64,000 nucleotides of DNA from Epiperipatus broadwayi (GCA_028023455.1 JAQFVV010000007.1:11222001-11286000); one strand, 5' to 3'. Positions 25,240 to 39,589 are shown, counted from the first letter of the stretch. Notes: generated from the letters alone by a model not told the origin. Translations and numbers: made by a program.

Positions 25240-26753
25240 AGACAGATGCTTTGTTATGTCTCAAATCGATATATGTAGAAGAATAGGGATTTCAGTTAAA
25301 AATTTTCATTCAAATTAATTTAAAAGTTTTGCTAAATTAATTTTATATTCAACGTGTGACAAAAGTATGGTTAATGTATATACACACAAACACACGAATT
25401 GGTAAAATAATTTTGGTTATTTATTAAAAGTAATGTCAATTTTTTTCTTTCTCACCAAAAAATAAACTTTGTAAATAAATCTCTTATCTTATATATAAGG
25501 CTATTTTTAAAAAATTGTATAATAATGCTTAATCTTCAAATAAAATTTTAATCTGTTGTAATAAAAAGTTGAGTATTGTTCAGATAAGACATGTAATGAA
25601 AGTAATTAGTATGGAATGTAAAAATAATTAATTGAAATCCTGGCTTATTTTTGAAATGATTATAGCTATCTATTGATTAATAGCCTGGATATTTGGAGAT
25701 GTTAATCTAAAAAATTCTAGGAAAATAGACTGAATGAGTATAAAGTTCCCTAATTTCTCTTGTTATGGATTCTGCCAGCAGATTCTACTAGATTCTACTC
25801 ATTAGAGATTCATTTGGACATTCATTGATCCATTCTTCTAGTCAAAATCATAATCCAGACTCTGGAACTATTCATTCTGGCAGCAAGCCACACTTTTTTC
25901 CAGCTCTTGCAGCAAACTCATAGATACCTGCCAATAATTTGGGCAAGCAGACAGCAGTTTTTAAACAAGAATCAACCAAATTTTTTTACTGGCCTACAAA
26001 AAAGACTTCAACTGACTACCTGAAAAAGTACAAGTATCAAATGGACAAAAGTAGCCACTTCTTCAATCAATTGCAGGGAAGCTAAAGTAACAATCTTGAT
26101 GGACTTAGAGGTAATATAAACTTTTATATACCATAATAAGCTAGAGATGTTGTAAATGTTTTCCTTTTGTATATGTACATTATTTTGTACTAATTGTAAC
26201 ATTAGATTTAAATGTATTTTTTCTTTATTTTATGCATTTTACTTATTCTTCATGAATGTTTTTGTGTTATTAGTAGAATAGATGTCTATGTAAGTAATTA
26301 TTTGACCATAAGTTAAATTTAAAAATTCATACCATTGAAGAACAAAATATTCTTTTAATGTTTAAACTTCTATTTCTTTTAGATAAAATCACTTTTATAA
26401 TTTGTTGATATTAGTAATGGCAGCAGTCTAAAGAAAACAAAACTTTTTAAATAAAATAAATTGAGAAATTCATAGACTAATATTTTTCTATTAAATTTAC
26501 TTTCATAAAATGTTCAAAATCTCTTTAGTTATATGTGTATATAAGAAATATTGAAGTGTAAAAGTTAGACTTGTGCAAGCTATTATAGCCAATGTATAGT
26601 AAATCACATTTGGTTATGGTTTGTTGTGTGCAATAAGACTTAAATAAAAGAGTTTATAAGTGATTTCAAACAAACAAACAATCAAACCAACCAACAGGGA
26701 TTGTAACTTAAATAAAAGCATTTAATAATAAACATTTAATAAAAACAGCATTA

Positions 26754-27408
26754 CAGTCAAATATCAGCCTTTCACGCTAATTGTGCATATGCTTTGCGAG
26801 TGTTAATAATAATAAATGAATACTTTCTCACTAATACAAGATATAGTATTTATGCAGGAATAAAAGGAATCACTTATTCCTACAACTCAAATGCTTATAT
26901 ATGAGCAAATCTGAAGTACTGGCAAAAAAAGCATAATGATGGAACAGTCACTTTAAATTACTATATATAATGTCTGAATGAATGACATCGGTGAAATTAT
27001 CTAGAATTTACTAAACATCATTCCAACTGAAATTTAATATTAAGTTTCAGTTGGAATGATGTTTAGTAAATTCTAGATATTTTCACCAATGTCATTCATT
27101 CAGACATTATATATAGTAATTTAAAGTCAGTTGGAATGACGTTTAGTAAATTCTAGATAATTTCACCGATGTCATTCATTCAGACATTATATATAGTAAT
27201 TTAAAGTGACTGTTCCATCATCATGCTTTCTTTCTTTGCCAGTACTTCAGATTTGCTCATATATAAGCGTTTGACTTGTAGGAATAAGAGGATTCCTTTT
27301 ATTCCTACATAAATACTATATCGTGTATTGGTGAGAAAGTATTCATTTATTATTATTAACACTCACAAAGCATATGCACAATTAGCATGAAAGGCTGATA
27401 TTTGACTG
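26754..27408. mobile_element. Fully palindromic MITE (pogo-like termini, TA TSD) with an 80-bp tandem duplication in the right arm
   Basis: TA|CAGTCAAATATCAGCC ... GGCTGATATTTGACTG|TA. The centre ttaatattaa (about 27033-27042) has essentially no spacer. 27047-27126 is repeated at 27127-27206. Confidence 0.85.
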
Positions 27409-27654
27409 TAATAAAATTGTTTACATACACTATATAAAATAAATGCTTATTTGAATGCATTTAAGGTTCATGGATTGTTTTGTATTATCACAACACTCAT
27501 TTCTAGACTATTTTTTTATTTTTTGGGAGGATTGGAATGACCATACTTATTTGTCAGTTGCTTATAATGATGGTTAGTCTTGAAATTATATTATTTCTAG
27601 CCCAATTACATAATTTAAACTTCAATTAAAGAATAATACATCTTGTTCCAATTA

Positions 27655-27832
27655 AATATAAATAAATACAATTTATTTAAACCACTTCAAACACTTTTTA
27701 GCAAAACTCTTTATTTGTACATATATATACACCTATGTTTTGACTGTCATCCAGCCTTCTTCAGAGCCAATTTACTTTAATTTCTTTAAAAAAGTGTTCA
27801 AAATGGTTTGGATAAATTGTATTTATATAGAA
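27655..27832. mobile_element. Fold-back repeat H: arms about 27655-27705 and 27781-27832, with an HHR-like motif between them
   Basis: Arms are reverse-complementary (aagtgtt..tggttt..ataaattgtatttat); HHR-like motif at 27731-27768 (-). Confidence 0.65.
27731..27768 (-). ncRNA. Degenerate minimal hammerhead motif (family H)
   Basis: ggct-CTGAAGA-a-GGCTG-gatga-CAGTC-AAAA-cata-ggt. Helix II pairs, and G12>A fits CpG decay of gtcGaaa. Helix I is weak. Confidence 0.5.
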
Positions 27833-29629
27833 TATTACAGAAAAATAAAGAAAAGTGTGATTTTGGTAATATTTTTAAACATAAATACTTAGAATTTAAA
27901 GGCAGAAGTTGTACAATTGACAAAAAACCCCATAAAAATGATCGGTGGATTAAAACTAGAAAGTAAATGCCATCTGTTATGGCTCAAATTATCAATCTTA
28001 TTTTAAAAATATTCATCATTACAGGCCTATGAATATATAAATAGATAATCATTGTTGCTCAGAGAATCCAATTACTCTCATTATGGAAGAGGATGTGGCT
28101 ATAAGTAGGTAATCCATTTGGAGATAAATCCAGATAACAACAAATAATTGTCAAGACTGAATGGTAATGTGCACATTAATCTCAATATTGTTACCATAGT
28201 GAGATAAGTTTATGTTGAACTAGAAGATAGTAGTTATTAAACCTGAAAAAGCAATCTTTTATAGTATATATGAAAATATCACCATCTCTCCACACAGGAC
28301 AAGCTTCCATGATGCAGCTGAACATGTTAGATACAACTAGAAGGATACCTTAAGTCCCTTGTTTCAATAGTTGCATTGCAACTGGATGCTCTGTGTAACC
28401 AATATATCAGGTAAATGATGTAGCAGATATTTTATGTAAAATATATTGTAAATATATATATATATATATAAGCTTAATAAATTTTCAATCATACTTGGAT
28501 GGGTATGTGTATATTCTGAAAATATATAAATAAACACCACAGATTTGGCACAGTTGACAGGAATTTATTATTTGTTATGCACAGTAAACAGGGTATGAAC
28601 CTGAAGTGTACAATCAAAATTTCATTATATCAATATCACTCTCTTATTTTAAATTCGTGAGTGGACCATTTTCATCCTCATTTGAATAATACAAGAATTA
28701 AGACAATCACTTTTAATTAGATTTGTTTCAATTTATTCAACTTGATAAAGTTAAAATAATTTCTTATAAATCTTAAAAACGGAAAGGCTGTAGGTCCTGA
28801 TGCGATACTTGAAATAGTTATAAATAATTGTAAAGTCATTTTAACTTTAAAACTATTGGAATTTTTTTAGGATAATACAGCTTCATATATTTCTGGTGCT
28901 ACTATGTTTAACAACATAAAAAGAATAGAGTATTTTATTATAAGGTTATAATTCTTGCAACTAAAGTAGTTGTATAAAAAGCAGTTGTTTGTCCAAATTT
29001 ACTGTGTGGTAATTACACCTGGATTTACTAAAATCCTAAGAAAATTTTTATTTAAAGACACTCCATAAAATTCTAAAGTATAATGGCAAGTTCATATGAT
29101 TCATAATTATGTTTTTTCAGCTTGCTGGGTGTAATGTTACTGAGTCAACAATCCTAAGTACATATCCTCATTGGATTGGGCATATGAAATAAATGTAATG
29201 GTAACACATTCTTTAAAAGTATTTTAGAGTAAACAAGAGCATGCTTTTTATGGGCGAGTCAGATGATATTTAAATTATAAAAGGTATTTGAAAGACAATC
29301 TAAATTAGTGAAATATTGATTGTTTATATGACAGGTTATAATACAGTGGTGAAAAGAAACCATAGTCAAAACATTGGAAGCCATTCAAAAAGTAAAGTTT
29401 TCTGCAGACAAGTCTTTAAACCACTGGTTTTCAAAATGTAAAATAAATAAATCAAATTGATCCAAAGTATTTTGATGTAATGTTATCTTGTGATTAGCTT
29501 TCAAATTAAAAAAAAGATTAAATTTTGTTGTTAACATTAAATAATAATATGGATAAATTTAAAATTACATATTAATTATTTCAATTACTATTATTTTCAA
29601 ATATAAGGTTTATATTATGATTATCATTT

Positions 29630-29910
29630 TTAATCATTATCAATCCACTGCAAGGTAAAGATCTCTCCAAGTTCAATCCATCTTATCCAATTTTTAGCCT
29701 CTCTTCTTCACATCACATCAGCATATTTTTTATTCCATCTATCTATCCATCTCACATGTGGTCTCTTTCTAGGTCTTTACAAATCCACTTTAAGATTTCA
29801 ACTGCCCTTTTGACTGCCTACCTATTATCATCACTTTTAACAATATGACCATCCCAGCCCAACTCCACAATTCTTTCAATGATGTTAGTAGCACCTGCTT
29901 GTTCTCCTAG
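29630..29910 (-). mobile_element. RTE-clade LINE 3' fragment
   Basis: Homologous to 45380-45672 (gagttgggctgg, agaccacatgtgagatggat). Confidence 0.8.
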
Positions 29911-30010
29911 CAGTGTTTTTTTTATATAAGATTTGTATATGTGGAAGTATTTATTATTTTTTAACTTCAAACATCTTTTTTTTCATTTGGAGTTTATTCT
30001 AATTAGTAAA

Positions 30011-30180
30011 TAATATTCACATAAATGTTTTGACTATTTAAACTGAAAAGGTAGTTTATATATTTAAAATTTAACTTTTATTCATGCTTAACATGTTTTT
30101 GATATGCAACATGATTATATGTTTAAAATTTATAAACTACTTTTTCTGTACAAATATCCAAAACATTTATGTGAATATTA
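30011..30180. repeat. Short fold-back: arms about 30011-30068 and 30122-30180
   Basis: taatattcacataaatgtttt pairs perfectly (21 bp) with aaaacatttatgtgaatatta, and similarity continues inward. Confidence 0.75.
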
Positions 30181-30499
30181 TGATTACTCAGAAAAGAGAA
30201 CAAATATTTGGTATTGAATTAATAAATAATTAAATTAAATTACTATTAATAATAGTTGCAGTGATACAAAAGTAATTGTTGCATTCTTAGACTCATATAC
30301 ATTTCAAATATTTTTGCTTTGTCATTTAAACCTATTTGTATTGAAATGATTATGAACTTATTTCATATGTATATAATATGCCCCATTGAAAAGGTGACTC
30401 GTTCTTCTTCTAAGCTCCTTTCAGTGCTATCTATGTAGTGACATAGTTTAGCTATTCCTTAAAAACTTTTTAAAGTGGTGCATCATAAATTACGGTGTG

Positions 30500-30720
30500 T
30501 TTTGTATCTTTAGGGATAATTTTCAAGGCTCTTCCTGTTATCACAAAACCATGTAAATCACATGAAAACATTGGCTTCAATGACATACCAGTTTGAATCA
30601 TTTCAAATGTTGCAGTAGCAGTATTGCTTAATTTAAAATAAAACTTAATGGTATCATTATGCTTCACCATGGTTAAGATACAAAACGCATTATTACATTT
30701 CATGTCACAATGCATGATTC
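30500..30720 (-). pseudogene. Mariner transposase N-terminal HTH relic
   Basis: HNDTIKFYFKLSNTATATFEMIQT resembles the mariner N-terminal QRxxIKFxFKLGKTAxETxxM pattern; similar to 59690-59830. Confidence 0.65.
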
Positions 30721-32812
30721 AGACATCCTAACTACTTCAATTTTTTGTAGTATGTAAATAAATTATATCCGTATGTACTCTATATGTTTATTTAGAGATG
30801 ATCTGGTAATCATCTTGGAAAGAGAATGATTCACTAATCACAATTTCATTGGGACACACTAAGTATGATGAGAATAATTTTTTAATATATTTTATGCGGT
30901 TATTTAAAATACATTTGGGAAAGGACTGAATTAAATATTGTATTTGAACATAATAAATATTCTGATAATGTCAATAGGTCAAGTAAAATAGAAACCCCAA
31001 TTAAGATTTGGTATAATTGTATAATGACAAATGTAAGAAGTAATCATTTCTCAATTGCAGCCCAACTTGTTACTCCAGTTACCGAATGTTATCTAATCTT
31101 ACAAGCAATTAACCATTCAAATGATTTTTTATACATTAATAAATGTATTCTTATTCTCTCACTATCATATTTTTTGAGAATCATTAAATGTTTTTCTCAG
31201 CAAAAGTATGATAGTTCCATGACTTTAGATTGTTGTTTTACCATTATCATAATTGGTGCGAGCGTAAAAAAAAAATAATATTATAAATTAGGGCCTACTG
31301 CTTTTATTGTTTTTTTAATTAAGAAACTTCTTTTCTGCTTGATGATGCTTCAGGAGAAATTCAATGCTAATGTAATCGTTTGTCAAAATTGACACAGTGT
31401 TAGAATTTTTTTTCAAATATTTTAATAGTTACAAAGCAAATATCAGATTTTAAAGCATAACTTGATAGATTTTTTTATGTCAGATTTTAAAGCAGAATTT
31501 GATAGATTTTTTACAAATTTACATTTCTTCATTTATATTTTTTAAAAAAACTTAAAATGAAAATGAATTTTTCAGTTTTTGAGTGGTTATACCATTATCG
31601 TTGATGATATTTACGTACTTTGTCCTTATTTACAAAACAGTTTTTAAATACTTAAAAAATAAAATATGATTTTTTAAATATTATTTGTTGATAAAATTAG
31701 TTTTGGAAAAAAAGATAAAGTCTTATTTATTAAATTTTATTAAAAAATAAAGATTTTATACAGAAGTGAGAAGTTGAGCATTTCCAAAAATTGACACTAG
31801 ATGGAGCAATAAAAACTATCAGAATTTTAAAGGATTTAACTACTATGTTTCTCTTAAAATAAGATGTAACAAGAAAAGAAGCCATAGCATGATTTTCAAG
31901 TATGCTTGTAATATAAGCCCTTGTTAAGATTGTCAGTCAATATTCAAATAAACAATATTACTGGTGTTAATGGTTTAAATAAATGGTAATATAAATTATA
32001 TGGTTCTTTTGTATTTTCTCATTGACAATTTTTGACAAACGTAATTCTATCTGTATAGGGAAACAATTTATCTACCAAGTCAGTATATCACACAAGCTAA
32101 AATTTTATTTATATATATTTAGGTACTTATTTTATTTAATATTTAGATTTAGAATGCATGGTTTAGTTTTCAAATTTTAATATGGCAGCTTTTAAATGTT
32201 CAACATAAAAGAAAAAATAATTTGATTTTTTAAACATTTTTTTTCCCCTTAAAAGACTTGATTAAAATAATGGAAGTGATTTTAATAATCAAAGTTTATC
32301 TGATATTAAATCATCAATATTTCTCCTAAAGAAATGTTTGTAAAAAGAAATACCCAAGTAGGGCTATTGCAAGTAATTTGGGAAGTGTTTATAATGTGCA
32401 CCCTTAATAACAGATGGACATAGTTGGCCTTTTTTAATCATTGTAATTCAATACATAAATATGTTGTGATGAATGTACTTAATATGGATGTTTTAAATAT
32501 AAAAACATTTTCTAATTATTATGCTTGTAGTTTTTTGTGCTTTTGTGTGGACAAATCATTTTTAACTTTAATCATTTTAATAATACTCCTGTTTTTCAAC
32601 TGTTCATTTAACACTTAATTTAATGGTAAATCTAAATGGAATCATATTCTAATTGCCAGATCTAATGAGTGCAAAAAGTAAGAGGTACTCAAGCATATAT
32701 AAGAAAAAAATTGTCGGGGGGGGGGAGGGCTCCCAAGGTAAGAATCTTATAGCATTTTGTAAAGACAAGAAGCAACTGAATAAAGATATATCTTTATACA
32801 TAAAAAAAGACA

Positions 32813-32880
32813 TTCCCTGAAAATAAGCCCCACAGTATCTTTTCGAGCAAAAATTAATATAAGATCCAGTTTTATTTTTT
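32813..32880. mobile_element. Possible Tc1/mariner-superfamily MITE remnant
   Basis: ttccctgaaaataagccc...gagcaaaaattaatataagatccagttttattt resembles, from memory, small palindromic TcMar MITEs. Not verified by search. Confidence 0.3.
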
Positions 32881-33787
32881 ATATGTATATACATTAATTT
32901 CTTTGGGTAGCACTTTTGATTTTGAATGCACATTAAAATAATCAATTAGTTTTATTGCTCAGAGATCATAAAAAGTTTGAACAATGGAAATGACAAACTG
33001 AATTATGATTTATCATCCATCATGGGTCTTGAGTTTTAAAAATCCACCGCTCAGCTACTGCATCAAATCATGCTCGGCTGCATGTATATTTTGTTATTAA
33101 TACTTTAAAATACATAATAATTGAAAAGAAATTATATTAAATTATTTTTTTAAAAACAAAAACACTATTAAAGTTTTATGAAATTATTGATAGAAGTATA
33201 ATTTATTTTATATTTGCAAAAAAAAAAAAATATGCGAAAAATTTGTAAGAATATTTTGTTAGATTGAAGAGAGATTTAAAAATATTTTACAAAGTAAAAA
33301 TAATGCTTAAAAGATATATAGTGCTCACAGACATTGTTGAAGAAGATAAAAAAGAAAGGAAATAAGTAGATGAATTAAAATGTTGTGAGTTTATTTTATT
33401 AGTGAAAGTAATATATTTTGATTTTAAAAATCTTTTATGCTTTATATTTTTACCTGTTTGGTGTATGGTTGTAAATAACGGATATTGTGAGTTCATTTTA
33501 TTGATACAAATAATAGCTTTTGTTTTAAAAATCTTTTGTGCCTTATGCTTTACTTCTTTTGATTTATGCTTGTAAATAACAGACATTGAGAGCTTATTTT
33601 ATTGGTAAAGGTAATATGCTTTTGTTTTAAGCACGTTAGACATTATTTACGCTTTATGATTTATAGTTGTAAATAATGAACATTGATGGTTTATTTTATT
33701 GGAGAAGATAATACGCCTTTATTTTTTAAAAATTATCCATTCTTTACCTGTTTTCATGTATGTACATTAAATTCCACAATAAAATAT

Positions 33788-34088
33788 AATATATATGGTA
33801 TATGAGCACAGATTTTTCACACAACCCTCCACTCTCCACACTATCTCATAACACTGATACACTTGAACACATATATGTTGAAAAGATAAATAATCACCAA
33901 TATTCGTATTTGATGCTAAACCAGCAATCATCAGTTGGTTCAGATTACCATCTGGTTTAGCATGAAATACGTATATTGGTGATTATTTATCTTTTCAACA
34001 TATATGTGTTCAAGTGTATCAGTGTTATCAGATAGTGTGGAGAGTGGTGGGTTGTGTGAAAAGTCTGTGCTCATTTACCCTATATATT
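33788..34088. mobile_element. HHR family C locus 2: fold-back, arms 33788-33923 and 33953-34088
   Basis: Near-perfect inverted arms. The minus copy carries accaa-CTGATGA-ttgctg-gtt-tagcat-CAAA-tacgaa-TA-ttggt (33896-33939). The plus arm begins inside helix II and keeps GAAATACGTATATTGGT. Confidence 0.88.
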
Positions 34089-36939
34089 ACATATATAAAC
34101 CCAGGTATATAATAAGCCTGTGTGTTTCAGTTAATAAAATATAATAAAACGGAATAGAATAAAAAGCGAATAGATTTTTCTAAGATTATATTTGGATAAT
34201 ATCGTTTTTTTTTTTTTTTAAAAGTCGACCTCCTAATAAAGCTTTATTGGAAGAAGTACCTCTTTTCAAAATGATTGTTTTTTTTATTGCATTGTATCGG
34301 AGTTATTTTGAAACATTAGTACATTTTATATATATTATGCTCATAGTTAATACGTATATTTTAAATAATTTATTAAATTGTGTTGAAGACATTTTTTTCT
34401 CTTTCCAACAGTAAAAAGTAAAACAATCCTTATGTAACCTACTGCAAGATAAAGGTCATTTCAACAGCTAGCCATAGAGAAATAAATAGCAAAGGAGAAT
34501 AATACCCACTAGAATTGCCAGTTTCTAGGTGGCCATTTGTTAAAAAGATGTAGATATCCATTTTCCCAAATAATATTGGATATTTTGCTGGGTTAGAGTT
34601 TGTTACCTGAACGAATAAAAAATCAAAAATTGACCAGAACCTAAAACAAATTTCAATTTTACCTGACCGAACTTCAAATCTAAATTGCAAATATAGATTG
34701 TTTTGGCAATAAGGGAGAGCTGAAGATAATGTAGTTGTTCTTTTTTTTTCCTCCGCAAGATATTTTGTTATTGTTAATACCATCAACGTTAAAAATACAA
34801 TTTAGATGTTTAAAAGATATAACATCATTAAACTTTAATTTTTTAAATAATTGGTTAGCTAGTAGATTATTCTAGTTACAATATATATTCTATAGGAATT
34901 ATTATTTTCGAAAACTGAAAATAAACATCTATGTACGTTGTTAAAATGATAATAAAATATTAATATAGACCGGCCAATTCGTATAAAATATATTTAAATT
35001 AAGCTTTTTATTTAAAAACAAAACATTATTTTGTTTTGCTTCCCATTCATATCGCTTGTGCGTATATAGATTGTTTGCAAGCATATAAGCGAATACATAT
35101 CTAAACATGCACAGTCATATATAATAAAGATTTATTATCTAGCATTTACTTTTTTGTTCGTAACATTAGTCTTTAAGGTCGTCATATGTTTGGTTCAAAG
35201 GAACTATGATAGAAATGCATTCTAGGGTCACATGTATATTGTGATTATCAGATAATTGGGTGGTCTGATGTCGTACAGTTTTGAGTGTTAAAAGAATCAC
35301 TTCCGTCAAGGCTAGTTGACCAAGAGGAGGTGGGATTTTTATTATCGAGAACTATTAATAGTGAGCATGTGGGTATGAATCAAACTGAGAGATGCTATCA
35401 TTGGCAATGTTATTCCTGCTTGGCATGCAATTTGTTGAAAGGATCTAATATTAAGGTTAATCAGAGAGGGTCAGCATATGTCTGGCTATAGTTCAGATAG
35501 GAAGATGTAATGTGAGAACCTTAGGATAAAGTCTTAAAATAATATTCAGCTTAAGGAAGTTATATGTAGACATGTCTGTGTTAATGCAGAGTAAACGTTT
35601 ATATGTAAAATTCAGCAGAATAAAACTGAGTATAATTCGCTGTACACAGACATTTATACATAATATAAGATTCACTATTCTAAAAAAAGAAACAATTAAA
35701 TAATATAGGAACATATATTTCTTCTTGCAATCAATTGCTGTATATACTACTGAAATGTCATTAATGAATTCAGGATAACCCATGGTCATTATATTCATGT
35801 ATCATAGGTAGAATTTTGCAGCCACGCTTTTATGTAAATGTGGACAAACAAAAAAAAAAACATAAGCCATTTAGTTAATGACTGTCAAATTATGGTTGCA
35901 ATGTCAAAAAAGGGGGATACTTAATAACATCACTAGTCAAAATGTGAATTTATATCCTTGTTGAAATATATACCAGTTCCTTTATGATGTTTTGCTAGTG
36001 ATTGGACTTATTAAAAAAGTTTATACACTAAACAGATAGATTGATTGCCATCGTATTTAATTTATACCATTTTCACGCATATATAGTATATAATTGTGCA
36101 ATTTTTTTCATAGTTTTTACTGTACACAATTTCTAAGGAGTTAAATTTTACTAGTACTTTTGAAATATGGTTTGTTTATAATTATGGTTAGTTGAATTAC
36201 TTCTTAGTGAAAAGGACAAATATATAATGTTAAAATATAAATAAATATTTATTTCAATGTTTTTAATAGATATTATTAATGTTATATACATTTACAATTT
36301 GGAAGAGTAACAGAAGGGAGAGAAACAATTGAATCTGTAATAATATAAAAATATTTTATAGAAAAAGAATATTTTAATTCGTTTAATAGGATTAGTGAGT
36401 CTATGACCAATCACAAACATTTGTTAATTAATCTAAGGAGCAGCTGTTCTATTTAACATTGTATCAGCCATTGGATATTACTAATTTATAATGATTATAT
36501 AAAACAAATAGTTTAATAAATAATAAATGGAAATGGGTTTTCCATTAATAATAATTTTCAAATAGCTTTATTACTTGGGAATTCATAAAAACTTTGAGGG
36601 TCAGAAGTACCAGTACCAAATATAATCCAGAACCCGATATTCCAGCAGGTGACACAACCATTTATATCCCACCCCCTTTATTTATGAATTAACAAATTTT
36701 TTTAAAATGTGTACTTTTTGCAGTATTATAATATTTTCACCATTTTAAAATAAAAGATTGGTCATTGCTTATAGTGTATATAAATCATTATATCTTTTGT
36801 GGACTTTTTATATGAGTTTTACCCTCTAGAGACCTCAATGATTTTTCATACTGTTTTAGATAAAGCATATCAATTATAATCAAAAGTATGTATGTTAAAA
36901 TGATATGAGATGTGGCATGGCTACTCCTGTCTTGAAATC

Positions 36940-38160
36940 AGGAATCTCTCCATCAATATGCTGAAGAAAAACCTGTTAGCCACCCTACCTTCCCTTTTGA
37001 CTCTCTACTGTAAGTTTTCTCCATATTCTTCTCTATTGTGCTCTATCCTATTTCCACAACATCAACTTTGTCCACCCCATGGCCTTTGTATCTATAATTA
37101 TTTGATCTATATTTATTATATTTATTATTTGTATTTATAATTATTTGATCTATATTTATTCTCCCACAACTTAATTATTTGGAACCTTTCTGCTTGTAAG
37201 CATTTACATTCCATTAGCAAATGTCTAATATTTTCCATGCCTTCCTTATATAACCTGTATACTAAATTTTCCACATTTCTCCATTTAATTATATATTTTC
37301 TTGTTGCTAAAGATACTTTTTGAGTCTTAAATAGTAAACTACTTTTTATGCTTTTATCATAAATTAACTCTGATCTACTATTTTGTTTTACTTCTATATA
37401 TATATTTAAGCTCTTTTTACTCTCCATACTCATTCTCCTACTCTCCAGCTTCTGATTTTTTTATTAATTCAACTATTCTTCTATCCTGGTTTTTGCCACT
37501 ACAATATTCAACAATCCTCCTAACACAATCATCCCATCCTTTGTACAAGTATATTGACACAAAGTTTTATCCAAATCTTCTGCATACCATACCACCTTTC
37601 TTATCCCTCTTATTGCTTGCCTTTTACTCATAACCCAATGAAATACTATTTTGGCTGTTCTCTTACTATCCATAAATTGCAATCTACCAAAGATTTTTAT
37701 TTGCTTTTTACATCTCTCATATAAAAATTTGGCCACCTCATTTCAACCTGAATTGCCTCTTTTGCTGCCCACACCTCTGCATATAATGAACATCTTCCTA
37801 CACCTCATTGTGGTTTTTTTCTAAGTAATCTAACACCTCTTTACTAACACAATGCATCATTACCATAGGTTAACCCCAGTATTAACACTTCCCTTCCATA
37901 CAATTATTGCTACATCATATTTATTATATGAAAATACTATTATTATTTTTATCAGTCTATTTTCTTTGCTTCATTTATTATTTTTTCTCATATTTATCCA
38001 AGCAATTTTTTTTATTACTTATGACAATTCCCAAATAGTTGTACCTAATCACCACTTTAACTTTATATACCCCAAGAAAAATTTTTTCTTTTTTCTTTCT
38101 CCAGCATTTACCATCATTATTTTTGATTTTTCTTCACTAATTTTGATCACCATATAGCAC
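36940..38160 (-). mobile_element. Non-LTR retrotransposon 3' relic (RT end, thumb, C-terminal CCHC-like motif), copy 1
   Basis: RYNYLGIV, GRLQFMDSKRTAKIVF and ENIRHLLMECKCL; homologous to 39590-40700. Clade not assigned (possibly RTE-X/Proto-like). Confidence 0.78.
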
Positions 38161-38414
38161 AGCTTCCATATCAATATTTAGTTTGCACTCATAGTTATTT
38201 TGAAATCTGAAAACCAGTCAAAACTATCATTGACACAGCCAACTGATAAATGACATTGAATAATCCATACATGGTCATGATATGACCATTCATTATAAAA
38301 CCATAATTAACTTCAATAATTAAAAAATTAAAGTGCAAATTTTGTAAAATTATACTTGATCAAATTCCATGACTAAAAAATACAAAATATAAAAAATGGG
38401 AGTAACAAATAACC

Positions 38415-39089
38415 ACATGTTGAAATAACGTAAATAGTGAATAAACGTAGAAACTATTGCCGATACATATTAATTCTACAGTTAATAATAAATCACATTT
38501 TATCTTCACATTAGTGAAAAGAATAATTGTCTAAAGTAAAGAATATTAATTTTATAATTAATAAATCAGATTTTTTTTTTACCAAAGCAAGTAAGGTTTT
38601 GTGATTAATTTGGCAGGTGGATAAAAAGAATGTAAATGAAAGAGATTTATTCATTAAATTTCTTAAAGATGATATTTCTACTAGTGTTTATCTTATTTAA
38701 AATCCAATACTTGTTTTACACTTAAAATAATTAACAAATTTGTATTAAAATTAATTTGTTGATTATTTCAAATGTAAAACAGATATTACAAACACTAACC
38801 TTTTCACAGTCAGTAGATAACATTATCATCTTTGAGAAATTTAATGAACAAATCTTTCTCATTTAATTTTTTTTATCCATCTGCCAGCTAATAATGACAT
38901 GTGAGAAATAAAGCACAAAACTTCATTCACTTTAGTAAAATTAAAATCTGATTTATTATTTTTTAATTGTAAAATTAATACTCTTTACTTTCGACAATTA
39001 TTCTTTTGACTAATGTTAAGATAAAATGTGATTTATTATTAATTATAGAAGTAATAATATTCTTCAACACTTACATTATTTCAACCTGT
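38415..39089. repeat. Long degenerate fold-back I: arms about 38415-38690 and 38790-39089
   Basis: Colinear reverse-complement blocks, e.g. aagaataattgtc/gacaattattctt, taaatcacattttatctt/aagataaaatgtgattta and tggcaggtggataaaaa/tttttatccatctgcca. Confidence 0.8.
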
Positions 39090-39353
39090 AGTTTGATCAA
39101 TTTTATGGTTATTGAACATGTGGTTTTTAATTGGCACTTTGCACTATCATTATTTAATAACATTTATATTTTAGAATTTATAATATTTTAGTATTTAAAA
39201 ATTATAAGCTTGGTTTGATCAAACTTCTGCATATTTTGGACAATAATTTATATTGGCCAAGCCTTCCTTTCCCCTCCCTGCATACTCTGGTGCTTTGTGA
39301 CATCATTATTTAATAACATTCATATTTTAGAAATTATAATTATTTAGTATTTA

Positions 39354-39508
39354 CAGTGCACTCACCATTATTTTGAATTCTAAGGACTACCCAAAATCCA
39401 CCACCGAAACATGCAAGTGACCCCATGTGGATTATTTGATGTCATTTATTTCTTGGAAGTGTCAGCAGTGGTTTTTCTATAGAATTCAAAATAGCAGTGA
39501 ACACACAA
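39354..39508. mobile_element. Small Tc1-like MITE
   Basis: TA|CAGTGCACTCACCATTATTTTGAATTCTA versus TAGAATTCAAAATAGCAGTGAACAC: imperfect terminal inverted repeats. Confidence 0.45.
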
Positions 39509-39589
39509 TAATCAGGACCTTGGACCAAACGATGTGAAAAATGTGATGTGATGTATTGTGGTTTCTCCTTAAACGAAGTCAAGAATATC

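Noticed and set aside
25554-26201. Solo LTR ending TGTAACA
   Set aside because: No start position tested gives a matching TSD, and there is no second copy.
28020-28415. GC-richer stretch with splice-like sites (IQLEGYLKSLVSIVALQLDALCNQYI|gtaaat)
   Set aside because: The good acceptors lead to stops in all frames, and the open frame has only a weak acceptor.
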